From Candidatus Bathyarchaeia archaeon (GTDB lineage: Archaea > Thermoproteota > Bathyarchaeia > Bathyarchaeales > Bathycorpusculaceae), in assembly GCA_038883775.1 (NCBI GenBank), contig JAVZLM010000001.1:1-64000 (forward strand): a DNA stretch of 64,000 nucleotides, in the 5' to 3' direction. Both the position numbers and the translations under genes were made by a program. The notes beneath the pieces are model-generated. The model was given only the letters and a program-made list of their open reading frames with translations. It was not told where the DNA came from and made no database searches. Numbering within the stretch: the first letter of the stretch is position 1; every line of letters starts with the position of its first letter. Shown here one piece after another: positions 40,556 to 50,049 of this stretch.

Positions 40556-40930
40556 ATGTTTATGGGCGAAAATGAAGTGGACGTGAAATATGAGCCTTTT
40601 AAAGAAATTGTGGTTATGGAACGCAACTTCTTCTCCACGCCAGACGAAATAGCAAGGTTCACCTCTATAGTTGCTGGAGGAAAACCCGCAGGATTATATT
40701 GGGCTGAAGGCGTCGTATTCCTATATTTTCCGCTTCCTGCATCCACCGAGATAGCTGCAAAAGAATTAATTGAGAATGGTAGGGTTTACTGGACTTTTGT
40801 TGGTTATGCACTTATGCCAAAATACCAGTCAACAATCGAAACTAAAGAGAAAATTATAGTTCCGGTAATTGACATGTCTTCTAACCCCATGTTCCGAAAG
40901 GTTGCAAATTGGCTAAAAGAACAAAAATAG
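40556..40930 (+). CDS. Conserved archaeal hypothetical protein
   Basis: Coherent 124-aa ORF (YEP.KEIVV.E, LYWAEGVVF, IPVID) overlapping ribK. Confidence 0.65.
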   Translation: MFMGENEVDVKYEPFKEIVVMERNFFSTPDEIARFTSIVAGGKPAGLYWAEGVVFLYFPLPASTEIAAKELIENGRVYWTFVGYALMPKYQSTIETKEKIIVPVIDMSSNPMFRKVANWLKEQK

Positions 40931-41322
40931 CCCCAATACAGTTTGAAGGCAAAATTTTCTCAGGAAGCGGAGAAGCAGCAAAATTCATTAGTCTTCCATG
41001 GGTGAAAGAGCAAATAGCAGAAAAGTTGTGTTTCACCCCATACAATGGAACCCTAAACATAAGACTAGACGAAAACAGTGTAGCCCTTAAAAGGCACATT
41101 CTGAACAACGCAAAAGCCATAAAAATACTTCCATCAGAAGGATTCTGCCAAGGAACACTTTTAAAAGCAGTTTTTATGGGCAAAATGGAATGTGCAATTG
41201 TTGTTCCAGAAGTTGATGGCTACCCAGAAGATGTCGTCGAAATTATAGCTCCAATAAATTTAAGAAAGAGATTTCAGCTAAAAGACGGCGACAAAGTCAA
41301 AGTAAAAATTTTGCTTAGCTAG
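40909..41322 (+). CDS. ribK: CTP-dependent riboflavin kinase
   Basis: G.IFSG.GE..KF, PY.GTLNI, EIIAP.NLR....LKDGD.V. Confidence 0.9.
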   Translation: MAKRTKIAPIQFEGKIFSGSGEAAKFISLPWVKEQIAEKLCFTPYNGTLNIRLDENSVALKRHILNNAKAIKILPSEGFCQGTLLKAVFMGKMECAIVVPEVDGYPEDVVEIIAPINLRKRFQLKDGDKVKVKILLS

Positions 41323-42821
41323 ACCGTCACTTTTCGTTTTTCTTTAAGAAAATTTTTGACATACTCTTTTAGGCAATTATTCTTTTTTAGGTATTCGCCG
41401 TATTTTACAAGGGCGTTCATAGCTCTTGCAGCATCTTCTGGCGAGGCGTAGGCTGGTATTCCAAGTTTGTCAAATCTAAAGCGTGTGTGCAAAGCCATTT
41501 CCGTTTCTCCAATATCGCATACCACTATTGGCTTATCATATTTGCTTGCTACTCTTGCTACTCTGTCAATGTAGTCTTCTTGCAAGGCTGGTGTGTGGTG
41601 TAAACCAAGCAATATTATGCCGTGAATCTCCTGGTCTTGAAAGAGAATCTCAACCGCAGTTTCAAACATTTCAGATGTTCCAGAACCAGTTATATCAACT
41701 GGATTGAGATTTGTTGCAAATTTGGGAAGCCGCCCTTCCTCTTTCAATTTTTCAAACTTTTGTATAGTGGCTTCAGAAAAGCGTTTAACAGTTAAACCTC
41801 TCAATTCACATTCGTCAACAGCCATTATGCCCGGACCACCCGCATCGGTAACTATTCCGACATTTTTTCCAGAAGCGGGTGGCTGCATAGCCAAGGCTTT
41901 TCCAGCGTCAAAAAATTCTTCCATATCCTTTGCCCTTATAACGCCGGTCTGGGCAAAAACAGCATCGTATATTTGGTCTGAGCCAGCCAAGGCTCCAGTG
42001 TGCGAAGCGGCTGCTCTGGCTCCGGCTTCTGTTCTGCCCGCTTTTAGGGCTATTATAGGTTTTTTCTTTGCGACTTCTCTGGCTATTTTTATGAATTCTC
42101 TTCCCGCCTTTATGTCTTCGATGTATAGCATTATGACTCTGGTTTCTTCATCATGCAAAAGGTAGCGTAACATTTCTGCCTCGTCCACATCACATTTGTT
42201 TCCAAAACTTACGAACTTGCTGACTCCAATCTGCCGCCCAGCTAAATAATCGAGGGCTGCAACGCCGAAGGCGCCGCTTTGTGTTACCATGGCTATGTTT
42301 CCAGGCATTGGCCGCGGTGTTGCAATAACCTCCTCTCCTGTTGTCAAAACTTTTGTTTCTGGAAGGAAAAGCATGTCAACGCCTGTTTTTGAATCATAAA
42401 CTCCAAGGCAGTTTGGTCCTAAAATGCGTATTCCAGCTTTTTTGGCTATTGTTAAAACCCTATTCTCAAGTTCATGTTTACCAATTTCGCTGAAACCCGA
42501 ACTGATTATGACAATTGCCTTCACTTTCTTAGCGGCAGCATCCTCCATTATTTTCGGCACAATTTCTGCTGGAACAACAACTACAACCAAATCCAACTCT
42601 ACGGGAATCTTGGTCACTGAAGGGTAACATTGAAACCCTAAAATGGAATCCTCGTAAGGGTTTACTGGAAAAACTTCTCCCTTGAAGATTCCTCTCTTCT
42701 TGTTTTCGACAAAATTTTTGAAAATCACGTGCCCAGCCTTGTTTATTTTTTTGGTTGCTCCTACAATGGCGACTGATTTTGGAGAGAAAAACGCATGCAA
42801 GTCTTCTATTTTTGTCTTCAT
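41319..42821 (-). CDS. acdA: Acetate/acyl--CoA ligase (ADP-forming), alpha subunit
   Basis: PKSVAIVGA, GPNCLG, QSGA, SFGNKCD, AASHTGALAG phospho-His, NPVD. Confidence 0.92.
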   Translation of the reverse strand: MKTKIEDLHAFFSPKSVAIVGATKKINKAGHVIFKNFVENKKRGIFKGEVFPVNPYEDSILGFQCYPSVTKIPVELDLVVVVVPAEIVPKIMEDAAAKKVKAIVIISSGFSEIGKHELENRVLTIAKKAGIRILGPNCLGVYDSKTGVDMLFLPETKVLTTGEEVIATPRPMPGNIAMVTQSGAFGVAALDYLAGRQIGVSKFVSFGNKCDVDEAEMLRYLLHDEETRVIMLYIEDIKAGREFIKIAREVAKKKPIIALKAGRTEAGARAAASHTGALAGSDQIYDAVFAQTGVIRAKDMEEFFDAGKALAMQPPASGKNVGIVTDAGGPGIMAVDECELRGLTVKRFSEATIQKFEKLKEEGRLPKFATNLNPVDITGSGTSEMFETAVEILFQDQEIHGIILLGLHHTPALQEDYIDRVARVASKYDKPIVVCDIGETEMALHTRFRFDKLGIPAYASPEDAARAMNALVKYGEYLKKNNCLKEYVKNFLKEKRKVTV

Positions 42822-42829
42822 TTATGCTT

Positions 42830-43672
42830 TCACCTTTTGGTTCTTACGATAACTATGGGTTTATGTTTTACCGTTTCAAGCATCTCCCAGCTTACCTCAT
42901 TTAATCCAACCTTAAACTTTTCAGCCATATCCCAAACTGTTCTTCCAGCACCAAAACCCCTTGAACGATTTGCAATTTCAGCTATTTCCAATGCCTTTTC
43001 AACCGATATTTTATATCCAACCGCTGCAATGGGCGTCGCTCTTTTCCTCAACTTAAACATTCGCCCAACAACATAAGCCATAAACCCCCCAAAAGAATGA
43101 ATGCCACTAATCGGTTTTGGGCGGTGTGTGAAATGAAAATTTTTGAACGAAAAGGTTTTGTCAGTATCAACGATCATCACAGAAACTTTCTTTCCCAACC
43201 GCAGCCGAATTTGTTTGCGTATTCCTTCAGCTATGCTAACAGTGTCGGTTAGTGGCAAACTCACATAGGAATAAGCCAAATTGCTTCCATCTATGCCGCC
43301 TTCGGAACCAAACATTAAAGCTTGCAAAAACCCAGCATACTGCAAGGCAACTTGTTTGTGGCGGCTTCCCATTTCCAATGGGTAATCCCGCAAATAATAA
43401 AGCAGTTTTCCTCGAAAATGGCATAATGGTCCAAGAAAATAGCCCCAAACTATGCGCATCCAATATTTAGCGATTAACTTTGCGCTCCATTTTGGCTTAA
43501 CCTTGCTTTCGTCAATGATGTTGTTTAAGGCTGTTGAAATTGCCTTTTCAGATATAACAACAAAGTCTCCATTCCTTATTTTGCCCTTAACGTTTTCTAA
43601 AATTTCTTCTAAATAATTTTCTCTTGGTCTCCAATATTTTGTGGTTATGGCTGAGACTTTGTATTTAACCAT
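42830..43672 (-). CDS. CofE/F420-0:gamma-glutamyl ligase-like protein
   Basis: DFVVISEKAIS, GGIDGSN, V.IVDTD, TP. Confidence 0.7.
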   Translation of the reverse strand: MVKYKVSAITTKYWRPRENYLEEILENVKGKIRNGDFVVISEKAISTALNNIIDESKVKPKWSAKLIAKYWMRIVWGYFLGPLCHFRGKLLYYLRDYPLEMGSRHKQVALQYAGFLQALMFGSEGGIDGSNLAYSYVSLPLTDTVSIAEGIRKQIRLRLGKKVSVMIVDTDKTFSFKNFHFTHRPKPISGIHSFGGFMAYVVGRMFKLRKRATPIAAVGYKISVEKALEIAEIANRSRGFGAGRTVWDMAEKFKVGLNEVSWEMLETVKHKPIVIVRTKR

Positions 43673-43705
43673 ATCAAATGCCTAATCTAAAAGCTTTGTA
43701 AACGC

Positions 43706-44416
43706 TTAAAGGGCTTGGAATTGTTTCTTTATTTCTTCCACGTTGCATTCTGGAGGTTTCATTTTTCCTTCTGGACAGTAGCCAAGTTCAACACAGGATG
43801 GTCCAGCATTCTCAAACAGTATAGGCGCAGCCTCTTTTGCTTGTTTGAGCATTTCAATTGCCACCTCTCTTATTTCCCATTGGGAGCGCATGCAGCATCG
43901 CAAATTAAAGAAATGGCGCAGTTCTCGGGCGTTCATGGTTACAATTATGTTTGTTTTGGCTGCGTTTGGAAGAATGAACCTTGCATCCTCCTTTTGAATC
44001 CCTAATGCCAAAAGTTCTTTGTAAGTTTCGGAAATCCTCTCCAATGTCTCATCAAAAATTTTCTTTGCTTCTGGTTTATTTGCTATGCTTGGCGGCGTCA
44101 CATACTTCTCCAAAGTGTCATAGGTGACATAACGTTGGCTTTGCTGCGTGTATGAGGCTATTCTGTGTCTGACGAGCTGATGGGTCATAGCTCTGGATAC
44201 GCCTTCAATGCTGAATGTGAAGGATGCATGTTCAATAACTGAAACATGACCATAACCAGTAACCCGCCTTATAATACGCTTAGCCGTTTCCCCATCCATT
44301 TTTTCAAAGATTTCTGAGGGGCTTCCACTTTTTGATGATGTTAAGGCTGCAGTTCCACAAAGGAGTTCAGCGTCTGCTGTATAGCGGAGAAGCTTAACTT
44401 TCAATTTAGACCCCAC
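43706..44416 (-). CDS. thyX: FAD-dependent thymidylate synthase
   Basis: GH.SVIEH, QLVRHRIASYTQQSQRY signature, EDARFILP, NARELRHF..LR, QWEIR. Confidence 0.96.
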   Translation of the reverse strand: MGSKLKVKLLRYTADAELLCGTAALTSSKSGSPSEIFEKMDGETAKRIIRRVTGYGHVSVIEHASFTFSIEGVSRAMTHQLVRHRIASYTQQSQRYVTYDTLEKYVTPPSIANKPEAKKIFDETLERISETYKELLALGIQKEDARFILPNAAKTNIIVTMNARELRHFFNLRCCMRSQWEIREVAIEMLKQAKEAAPILFENAGPSCVELGYCPEGKMKPPECNVEEIKKQFQAL

Positions 44417-44477
44417 TTCACTTTAGCATGAAAGTAATAAATCTGTTTTGCCCAGAAAAAGCTGAGGGCGATATTAA

Positions 44478-45101
44478 ATGTCAAGAATTAAAAAGGCTAT
44501 TGATTACATAAACGAACTAAGTTCAAGCAATAACCAAAAGAAACAATTGCTTGGGAAGGAGCTTGCGGTTAAATATGCCAAATGGACAAAAACTTTAAAC
44601 TTGCAAGATATTTTAACTTTCGTAAAAATTATAAAAGATAACAAAACTGAAATCGGCGCTGCCCAGTTTTTCGGAAAATTCCGCGCCTACGCTTTCGAAG
44701 AATACATTTACCGTTTACTCCAAGCCAAAGTTTGTCTACCTAAACCTTTGCAGATTTTTTGGGGAGAAAAATGCTTGGTTTGGCAGAAAGGCGATGAAGG
44801 TTACGCTATGGAGTTTGATGTTGCCATAGGAGAAAAAGCAAAAGACGTTGTTGAGCCAAAAATTGTTTTCGATGCCAAACTGGAACTTGACTCTGCAAGG
44901 TTAAAAACGGCTTTGGCTTCTTTTGCAATTTTAAAACGTTGGAATGCGGAAGTTAAATGCCTCCTTGCGTATATGGTTAAAGATGTTAATGCTGCGCTCA
45001 TGAAATTGGCTCATTATTGGGTTGACGGGCTTTTCTGCTTAAGCCTTGAAAAAGATGAGACAAAGGCTTTGCTTGATTATGTCTCTAAATGTATTAGTTA
45101 A
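44478..45101 (+). CDS. Hypothetical protein, possible PD-(D/E)XK restriction-endonuclease fold
   Basis: FEEYIY..., EFDVAIG...IVFDAK spacing resembles E...D...(D/E)xK. Confidence 0.5.
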   Translation: MSRIKKAIDYINELSSSNNQKKQLLGKELAVKYAKWTKTLNLQDILTFVKIIKDNKTEIGAAQFFGKFRAYAFEEYIYRLLQAKVCLPKPLQIFWGEKCLVWQKGDEGYAMEFDVAIGEKAKDVVEPKIVFDAKLELDSARLKTALASFAILKRWNAEVKCLLAYMVKDVNAALMKLAHYWVDGLFCLSLEKDETKALLDYVSKCIS

Positions 45102-45104
45102 AAG

Positions 45105-46169
45105 TTAAATGTGCGCATATATGCGGTCTGCGGTGTATCTTCCACTTTCCATTTCCCTCTCTATCTCACGTAACAACAAGATTCGCTTAAACGTGGGCGG
45201 GTGTGTTGCAAACCACGTATTAATCTTAACCCATGTGGATTTAGCCTCTTTCTCCATGGCTATTTCCAATTCTCTTTCATCAAGCACCCCATCCTTGTCC
45301 AAATCGTATTCCGCCTTTTTCTCAATTATTGGCTGGATCTCCTGTTTTGCCAATGCTGGATCCTCTATGTAGAAGGCTCTTGCTCCAGACGGCGGTTTAG
45401 GCGAAAGCGATAAGCCATAAGTGATTTTTGTTAATGCACTTTGCAAGTTTCGGGGCGAGCCAGTTACGTAGGCTGAGTATGCGTCTGCGTAATGTTCGCG
45501 GAGTCTGCTAAGCCTCATAATACACAAAAGCGAAATTATGTAAACTACATAGGAGATTATTGCAATGACGAAAAAAGCCGCTTTTATGCTGCTCTCTTCC
45601 TTCTTCTTTGATGATGCAGGCGCCCATCTTGCTGCTTCCCAGGTTCCCCGCGCAATTAAGTAGGCAAGTAATGGCAAGGCGGAAACTATTGTCATTATTA
45701 TGTAATCCTTATGTTTTATGTGCCCCAACTCGTGACCAATCACGCCTTTAACTTCTTCTTGATTCAATTTCCGCAAAAGTCCTTCATGAACCGCAAGGGT
45801 GGCGCTGTTTGCTGTTCTTCCAAAAACAAAAGCGTTAGGCGTTTCATCTGGCACAATGGCTAGTTTTGGCATTGGTATGCCACTTTTGTCCGCCAATTCT
45901 TTCACTGTTGATTCAAGCCATGGATTTTCGCCGGGCTTTAAATATTGTAGGCGTGTGGAAGCGCTGACTATGGCTGGTCCTATGAGGTATTGAATTAGTA
46001 TGAAAAAGATTGTGCCAATTACTGCGTAAACCAAAGAAAGCCCTATAATAAACATTATTACTGATAAGAAGAGGGCAAAAATTAAGGCTACAAAAAATAT
46101 GGAGGTTCCCATTGCCAACTTTAACTCGCCAAGCCTCGCCATAACATTCCCATATAGTTCAAATGACAA
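45105..46169 (-). CDS. htpX: HtpX-type M48 membrane zinc metalloprotease
   Basis: PNAFVFG, GVIGHELGHI, SRLREHYAD, FATHPP..KRI; TM helices. Confidence 0.93.
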   Translation of the reverse strand: MSFELYGNVMARLGELKLAMGTSIFFVALIFALFLSVIMFIIGLSLVYAVIGTIFFILIQYLIGPAIVSASTRLQYLKPGENPWLESTVKELADKSGIPMPKLAIVPDETPNAFVFGRTANSATLAVHEGLLRKLNQEEVKGVIGHELGHIKHKDYIIMTIVSALPLLAYLIARGTWEAARWAPASSKKKEESSIKAAFFVIAIISYVVYIISLLCIMRLSRLREHYADAYSAYVTGSPRNLQSALTKITYGLSLSPKPPSGARAFYIEDPALAKQEIQPIIEKKAEYDLDKDGVLDERELEIAMEKEAKSTWVKINTWFATHPPTFKRILLLREIEREMESGRYTADRIYAHI

Positions 46170-46334
46170 AGGCTTATTTAATTAAAGCTTTCTAACGCCT
46201 TATCCATTACATGATTTGGTGAAAGTGAATTCAGAATCCGACTTTCAAATATGGAAAATCCATACCCAAAATTCACACCTATTAAATACTTCAAATCCTT
46301 GACAATTCTAAAAGGAGGCTGTTGAGGTTCAACC

Positions 46335-46487
46335 ATGAGTAAAAAGTATCGATGCATCATTGAGGTGGAAGTCCCAAACGGTTCAAAAGGTTGGCAAGAA
46401 GTGGCAACCGTAAAAATGAGACAAGCTATTGAAAAATTGAAGTTGGCGATGGAAGAGTTAGGTGGCAAAGTATACGTAAGATACTGA
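46335..46487 (+). CDS. Small hypothetical protein (50 aa)
   Basis: Below the ORF-track cutoff: MSKKYRCIIEVEVPNGSKGWQEVATVKMRQAIEKLKLAMEELGGKVYVRY*. GAGGT RBS upstream; it fills an otherwise empty gap and converges on the next gene. Confidence 0.55.
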   Translation: MSKKYRCIIEVEVPNGSKGWQEVATVKMRQAIEKLKLAMEELGGKVYVRY

Positions 46488-46496
46488 ATGCGATAT

Positions 46497-46901
46497 TTAT
46501 TTTTCTGTGATTTGTGGATGAACCAGTTGACGACAATGCGGACAATGGACGAGAGCTTTGTCCCCGGTTGACTTCCACTTCTTTTTGCAAAAGGGACATT
46601 GATACCACACAGTTTTTCCTGGAATAACGAACCATTGTCGGCTCAAAATCCACAATATCACAGCCGAAACCAGCATCACGTCCCCAAAAATAAAAAGGTA
46701 TATGAGTCTAAATTCAAATCCCGAAATTAGAGTTATTTTTTCTGTCCAGAGAAGTGATAAAAAAGTTGAGAACGGATTTTCATTTGAAGAGAGGTAAGGG
46801 TATGTTTTCCACAAAGCGCCTAAAAAGGCCATTATTCCCAATAGGCAAAATATTAAACTAAGCGCATATGCAGATTTCTGCTTCCGAAGAATTTTCCTCA
46901 T
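46497..46901 (-). CDS. Two-TM membrane protein with a C-terminal zinc ribbon
   Basis: Two hydrophobic helices, then CPFC...CPHC. Confidence 0.7.
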   Translation of the reverse strand: MRKILRKQKSAYALSLIFCLLGIMAFLGALWKTYPYLSSNENPFSTFLSLLWTEKITLISGFEFRLIYLFIFGDVMLVSAVILWILSRQWFVIPGKTVWYQCPFCKKKWKSTGDKALVHCPHCRQLVHPQITEK

Positions 46902-46931
46902 TCAAACTCTAACCATTACAACAATTCTCAA

Positions 46932-47264
46932 CTACATTGGCGTAATGGCTTCGGCAATTCGCGCTTCCACTTCAGCGTAGCGTTCTCTGATTTCGCTTTT
47001 GAGAACATCAATTTCCAAGCGAAGTCTTCTTTTGGATTCTGGCGCTAAGTCTTTGGATTTTACTATGTCATTTTCTATTTTCGCAACTTCGTGCTCAGCG
47101 TCATGCTTCATCTCTTTGGTCTTCTTCAGCAAATCCACCTTAGCCTTTTCAATCTTTTCAAACTGCTTTCTGACATCTGCAACTTTCTGATTTAATTTCT
47201 GTTTTATCTTGCCAAGCTTCTCTGCATATTCGCGTTCTGAAGGTCCTCCCAAGGTTAACACCAA
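46932..47264 (-). CDS. Hypothetical coiled-coil protein
   Basis: Lys/Glu-rich heptad pattern over 110 aa. Confidence 0.65.
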   Translation of the reverse strand: MVLTLGGPSEREYAEKLGKIKQKLNQKVADVRKQFEKIEKAKVDLLKKTKEMKHDAEHEVAKIENDIVKSKDLAPESKRRLRLEIDVLKSEIRERYAEVEARIAEAITPM

Positions 47265-47342
47265 AATGTCTTTTATCGCAATACTTAATATAAATTTTGT
47301 TATCTACAAATAAATACAAACACCATCAATATACAACCAATT

Positions 47343-47420
47343 TGGTGCTCCGGCCGGGATTTGAACCCGGGTCCGTGGCTCGAGAGGCCACAATACTTGA
47401 CCGGACTATACTACCGGAGC
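47343..47420 (-). tRNA. tRNA-Glu(CTC), intronless, CCA encoded
   Basis: GCTCCGG...GTGGC CT CTC GA GCCAC...CCGGG TTCAAAT CCCGG CCGGAGC A CCA. Confidence 0.96.
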
Positions 47421-47502
47421 CTCTAATTTATAGTACTTTGTTTCTTGTATTTAGCCACATTGTTTCTTATGCTATAATAAATAAATTAAAAGCCTTCGGA
47501 AG

Positions 47503-48009
47503 TTAAAGGCGACTTGTAAAAACATATTTTCGGTAGAAGTTATCTATCTCTAATTTGCTCCAATTTTCCCATTCACTTTTAGGAATAAAATTTCGCAAGC
47601 CTTTCGTTTTAAGTCTTCTTTTTAATGAATTATTTTCATATAACATGTTAGGCAGCCTCATAATCATGGCTTTATTTTCCATGAAGAACTCATAGGTCTG
47701 AAATTTCATAATGGCGTATTCTCTCCATAACTGTCGTATCTCTTTTGACTCTATTTCTAGTTTTAGCTTTTCTATTTCTTCCTTGCTTTCCATTGAAAGG
47801 CCATATCGAATCAGAAGAGGAATGCCCTGATTTTCAAGTATCCCTTTCTCTTTTAGAAAGCAGCTTAGTTCCTTGCCAAATTCGTAGGGAACGACGATTT
47901 TTAAACGGACTTTTTCGTGGCTTTCAATAGCCTCTAAAGCACTTATAAGGTCATTTTTGCGAGGCTCTTGAGAACGTTCTTTACGGAAAAAATTACTGTT
48001 AAGCTTCAT
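47503..48009 (-). CDS. Hypothetical protein (gene 4 of the riboswitch operon)
   Basis: 168-aa ORF overlapping the upstream gene by 11 nt; possible RHH-like start followed by a coiled coil. Confidence 0.65.
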   Translation of the reverse strand: MKLNSNFFRKERSQEPRKNDLISALEAIESHEKVRLKIVVPYEFGKELSCFLKEKGILENQGIPLLIRYGLSMESKEEIEKLKLEIESKEIRQLWREYAIMKFQTYEFFMENKAMIMRLPNMLYENNSLKRRLKTKGLRNFIPKSEWENWSKLEIDNFYRKYVFTSRL

Positions 48010-48328
48010 GTTTCATTCTCCGATGGTCTTTTTCTTTCATAATCTTTCTCAACCGTATGTTTTCTTTCTCTAAAGCCTTCAGGATTTCGTTGTCTTTTTT
48101 ATATTCTTTGAACAGTTTCTTCATATGCATGTAACTTTCTTTCATTTGTTTAAATTCCTGTAACCAATAGTTTGCCATTCCACGCTTCATTGTTTTAACT
48201 AATGCACCGCTTTCGTCTAATTTGTTTTCAGCGATATATGCTTTGAATTTTTCGTAGGTTGATTGATCAAGAAATACATCTAAAATTGCTGTTCCGTCTT
48301 TTTTATTAAAAACTATGCGGCTGAACAT
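47999..48328 (-). CDS. Hypothetical protein (gene 3 of the riboswitch operon)
   Basis: 109-aa ORF with GAGGG RBS; beta-helix-helix start followed by a coiled coil. Confidence 0.65.
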   Translation of the reverse strand: MFSRIVFNKKDGTAILDVFLDQSTYEKFKAYIAENKLDESGALVKTMKRGMANYWLQEFKQMKESYMHMKKLFKEYKKDNEILKALEKENIRLRKIMKEKDHRRMKHEA

Positions 48329-48345
48329 TGTTTTCCCTCATATGG

Positions 48346-49068
48346 TTAAACAGAAACATTTCTAAGTTTCAATCCTCGTCTGCCAACCATCTTTTGAACG
48401 CTTCTCAAGAGCACATCTTCTACTGCTCTGCGGTCTTGGTTTGAAAATTCATAGCTTTGCCTTCTTATGTACTCAGCAAGTTCGAAACCCAGTCGACGAA
48501 GATTTTTCTCTTCAATTTCTATAATAGTTGCAATGACCTCCCTGCTTTGGCTATGCGATGTTTCCTTCAACGCGTTGATTAATGCTGTAAAGTGTGGTAT
48601 GCATAGTCCTTTGGAATTTTTAAAAAGCATAAGAAACTCTTCATGGTTTGATAAGAAAAGTTTCACGATTTCTTTGTTGCAGATTTCCATGAGATTGGCT
48701 ATATACACGCAAGCTGGGCAGTTCTTTGCGTCTTTTTGATAGAAACTTTTATGGTTTTTCCTAAGTTTGTGCAAATCTTGAATGAGTCTTTCAATGGTGT
48801 CTTGGCTGATTAGAGCTATTCCATGTCCGTCAGGGCTTTCTGGTTTGCTTGCAGCAATTAGCATTCTGTAAAAGTGGTGATTGCAAAATCCTCTACTCTC
48901 GACGATATTTTCTCTTGCTTTAGCATCCATTACAAGCTCAGAAAGATGAGCGTCAATGTATTTTCTTTCAACTTCATCTTCTAGTGCGCATAAGAAACAT
49001 TCTGCACCGCTTTTGATTATCCTTTCAATGTGGAAATACGTTACATCAACGCTCACGCAAATCATCAC
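48346..49068 (-). CDS. DUF6062-like duplicated CxxC...CxxH zinc-binding protein
   Basis: Two repeats: CFLC...GFCNHH and CPAC...GLCIPHF; 4-nt overlap with the upstream gene. Confidence 0.75.
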   Translation of the reverse strand: MMICVSVDVTYFHIERIIKSGAECFLCALEDEVERKYIDAHLSELVMDAKARENIVESRGFCNHHFYRMLIAASKPESPDGHGIALISQDTIERLIQDLHKLRKNHKSFYQKDAKNCPACVYIANLMEICNKEIVKLFLSNHEEFLMLFKNSKGLCIPHFTALINALKETSHSQSREVIATIIEIEEKNLRRLGFELAEYIRRQSYEFSNQDRRAVEDVLLRSVQKMVGRRGLKLRNVSV

Positions 49069-49925
49069 TGCTCACTGATTGTTTTTAATACATTAACGGC
49101 GTAGAAAGTGTCTTCAAAAGTGGATATTCCAATGTCAGACCTTGCAAATCCGCCGTTTGCATTTTGGCATTTAAGAACGAATTCTGCTGTTTGCTTGGGG
49201 TATCTCAGGTGTTCGTCAAGAAGATTAAGTGTTGACGTTCCATAGTATATGTGTTCCATGTATGGAGTAGAAGCATGTGGCACAACAGTGAAGCCTCCAA
49301 ATGGCTTTTCACAAGCTCTAACATAACTCAAAGTATCCTTGAGAGATTTGACTGGATAACCAAGATTAAAAAGTGAAGCCACAGCATGATAGGTGGAATT
49401 CAAATTTGAGTGTCCATGGGCTCCAAAACCACCGTTCTTATTTTTGAAGCTTAACAACCACTCTGCGAGTTTTTTGCTTTCAATCTCTATGCCAACAATT
49501 TTAACAAGCTCGGTTGTCATGAAAGTGAGGAGAAATTCTGAAGCAACTTCAACATAAACATCAACTGTTCCAAAATTCCCTTTGGCACAAAGTAGAGAAA
49601 GGATAAAATTTTTAAGATTTTTTTGAGGTTTTTCACCGCACAATTTTAAGGCTTTAGTCACATAATAATGTGAATAAAGATTGTCTGGAACAAAGTCATG
49701 TAACCACTTGACAGTCTTTTTAACATTTGGAAATGGAACGTTTAATAAGTTCAAAATTGCAAGTCCATAGTAGGTATCTTGTGCATTTGATTCTGTACCT
49801 TGACAGAAAGTATACCCACCGTCATCGTTCTGTCGATTCACTATGTAGTGGACAACACGTTTAATCCATAAAAAGTTTGCAGACTGCCCAGATTCTAAAT
49901 CATCGAACCGCCCCACTTCACGCAA
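49065..49925 (-). CDS. Prenyltransferase/squalene oxidase repeat protein (alpha/alpha barrel)
   Basis: Repeats QNDDGGY, KNKNGGF, EKPFGGF and QNANGGF, each followed by TYY/TYH/TFY-type helices; GAGGG RBS 8-9 nt before the TTG. Confidence 0.85.
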   Translation of the reverse strand: MREVGRFDDLESGQSANFLWIKRVVHYIVNRQNDDGGYTFCQGTESNAQDTYYGLAILNLLNVPFPNVKKTVKWLHDFVPDNLYSHYYVTKALKLCGEKPQKNLKNFILSLLCAKGNFGTVDVYVEVASEFLLTFMTTELVKIVGIEIESKKLAEWLLSFKNKNGGFGAHGHSNLNSTYHAVASLFNLGYPVKSLKDTLSYVRACEKPFGGFTVVPHASTPYMEHIYYGTSTLNLLDEHLRYPKQTAEFVLKCQNANGGFARSDIGISTFEDTFYAVNVLKTISEQ

Positions 49926-49956
49926 TCTAACATACCCTCTTACGCTTTAATGTTGA

Positions 49957-50020
49957 GTAGAAGCTATCAGCCCCTGCGCATGCAGAAGCAAGGGCGGTTA
50001 AAGGCGAGCTTCATCGCCCT
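49957..50020 (-). ncRNA. Fluoride riboswitch (crcB motif)
   Basis: Transcript AGGGCGAUGAAGCUCGCCUUUAACCGCCCUUGCUUCUGCAUGCGCAGGGGCUGAUAGCUUCUAC. P1 GGCGA/UCGCC with the GAUG core, AACCG linker, P2 GCCCUUGC/GCAGGGGC, GCUGAU, pseudoknot GAAGCU/AGCUUC and terminal UAC all match the crcB consensus layout. Confidence 0.9.
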
Positions 50021-50049
50021 TATATTTCTGGAAAAGTATGATAAAAAAG

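Noticed and set aside
46170-47420. Integrated element at tRNA-Glu
   Set aside because: No duplicate of the tRNA-Glu 3' end and no integrase found nearby.
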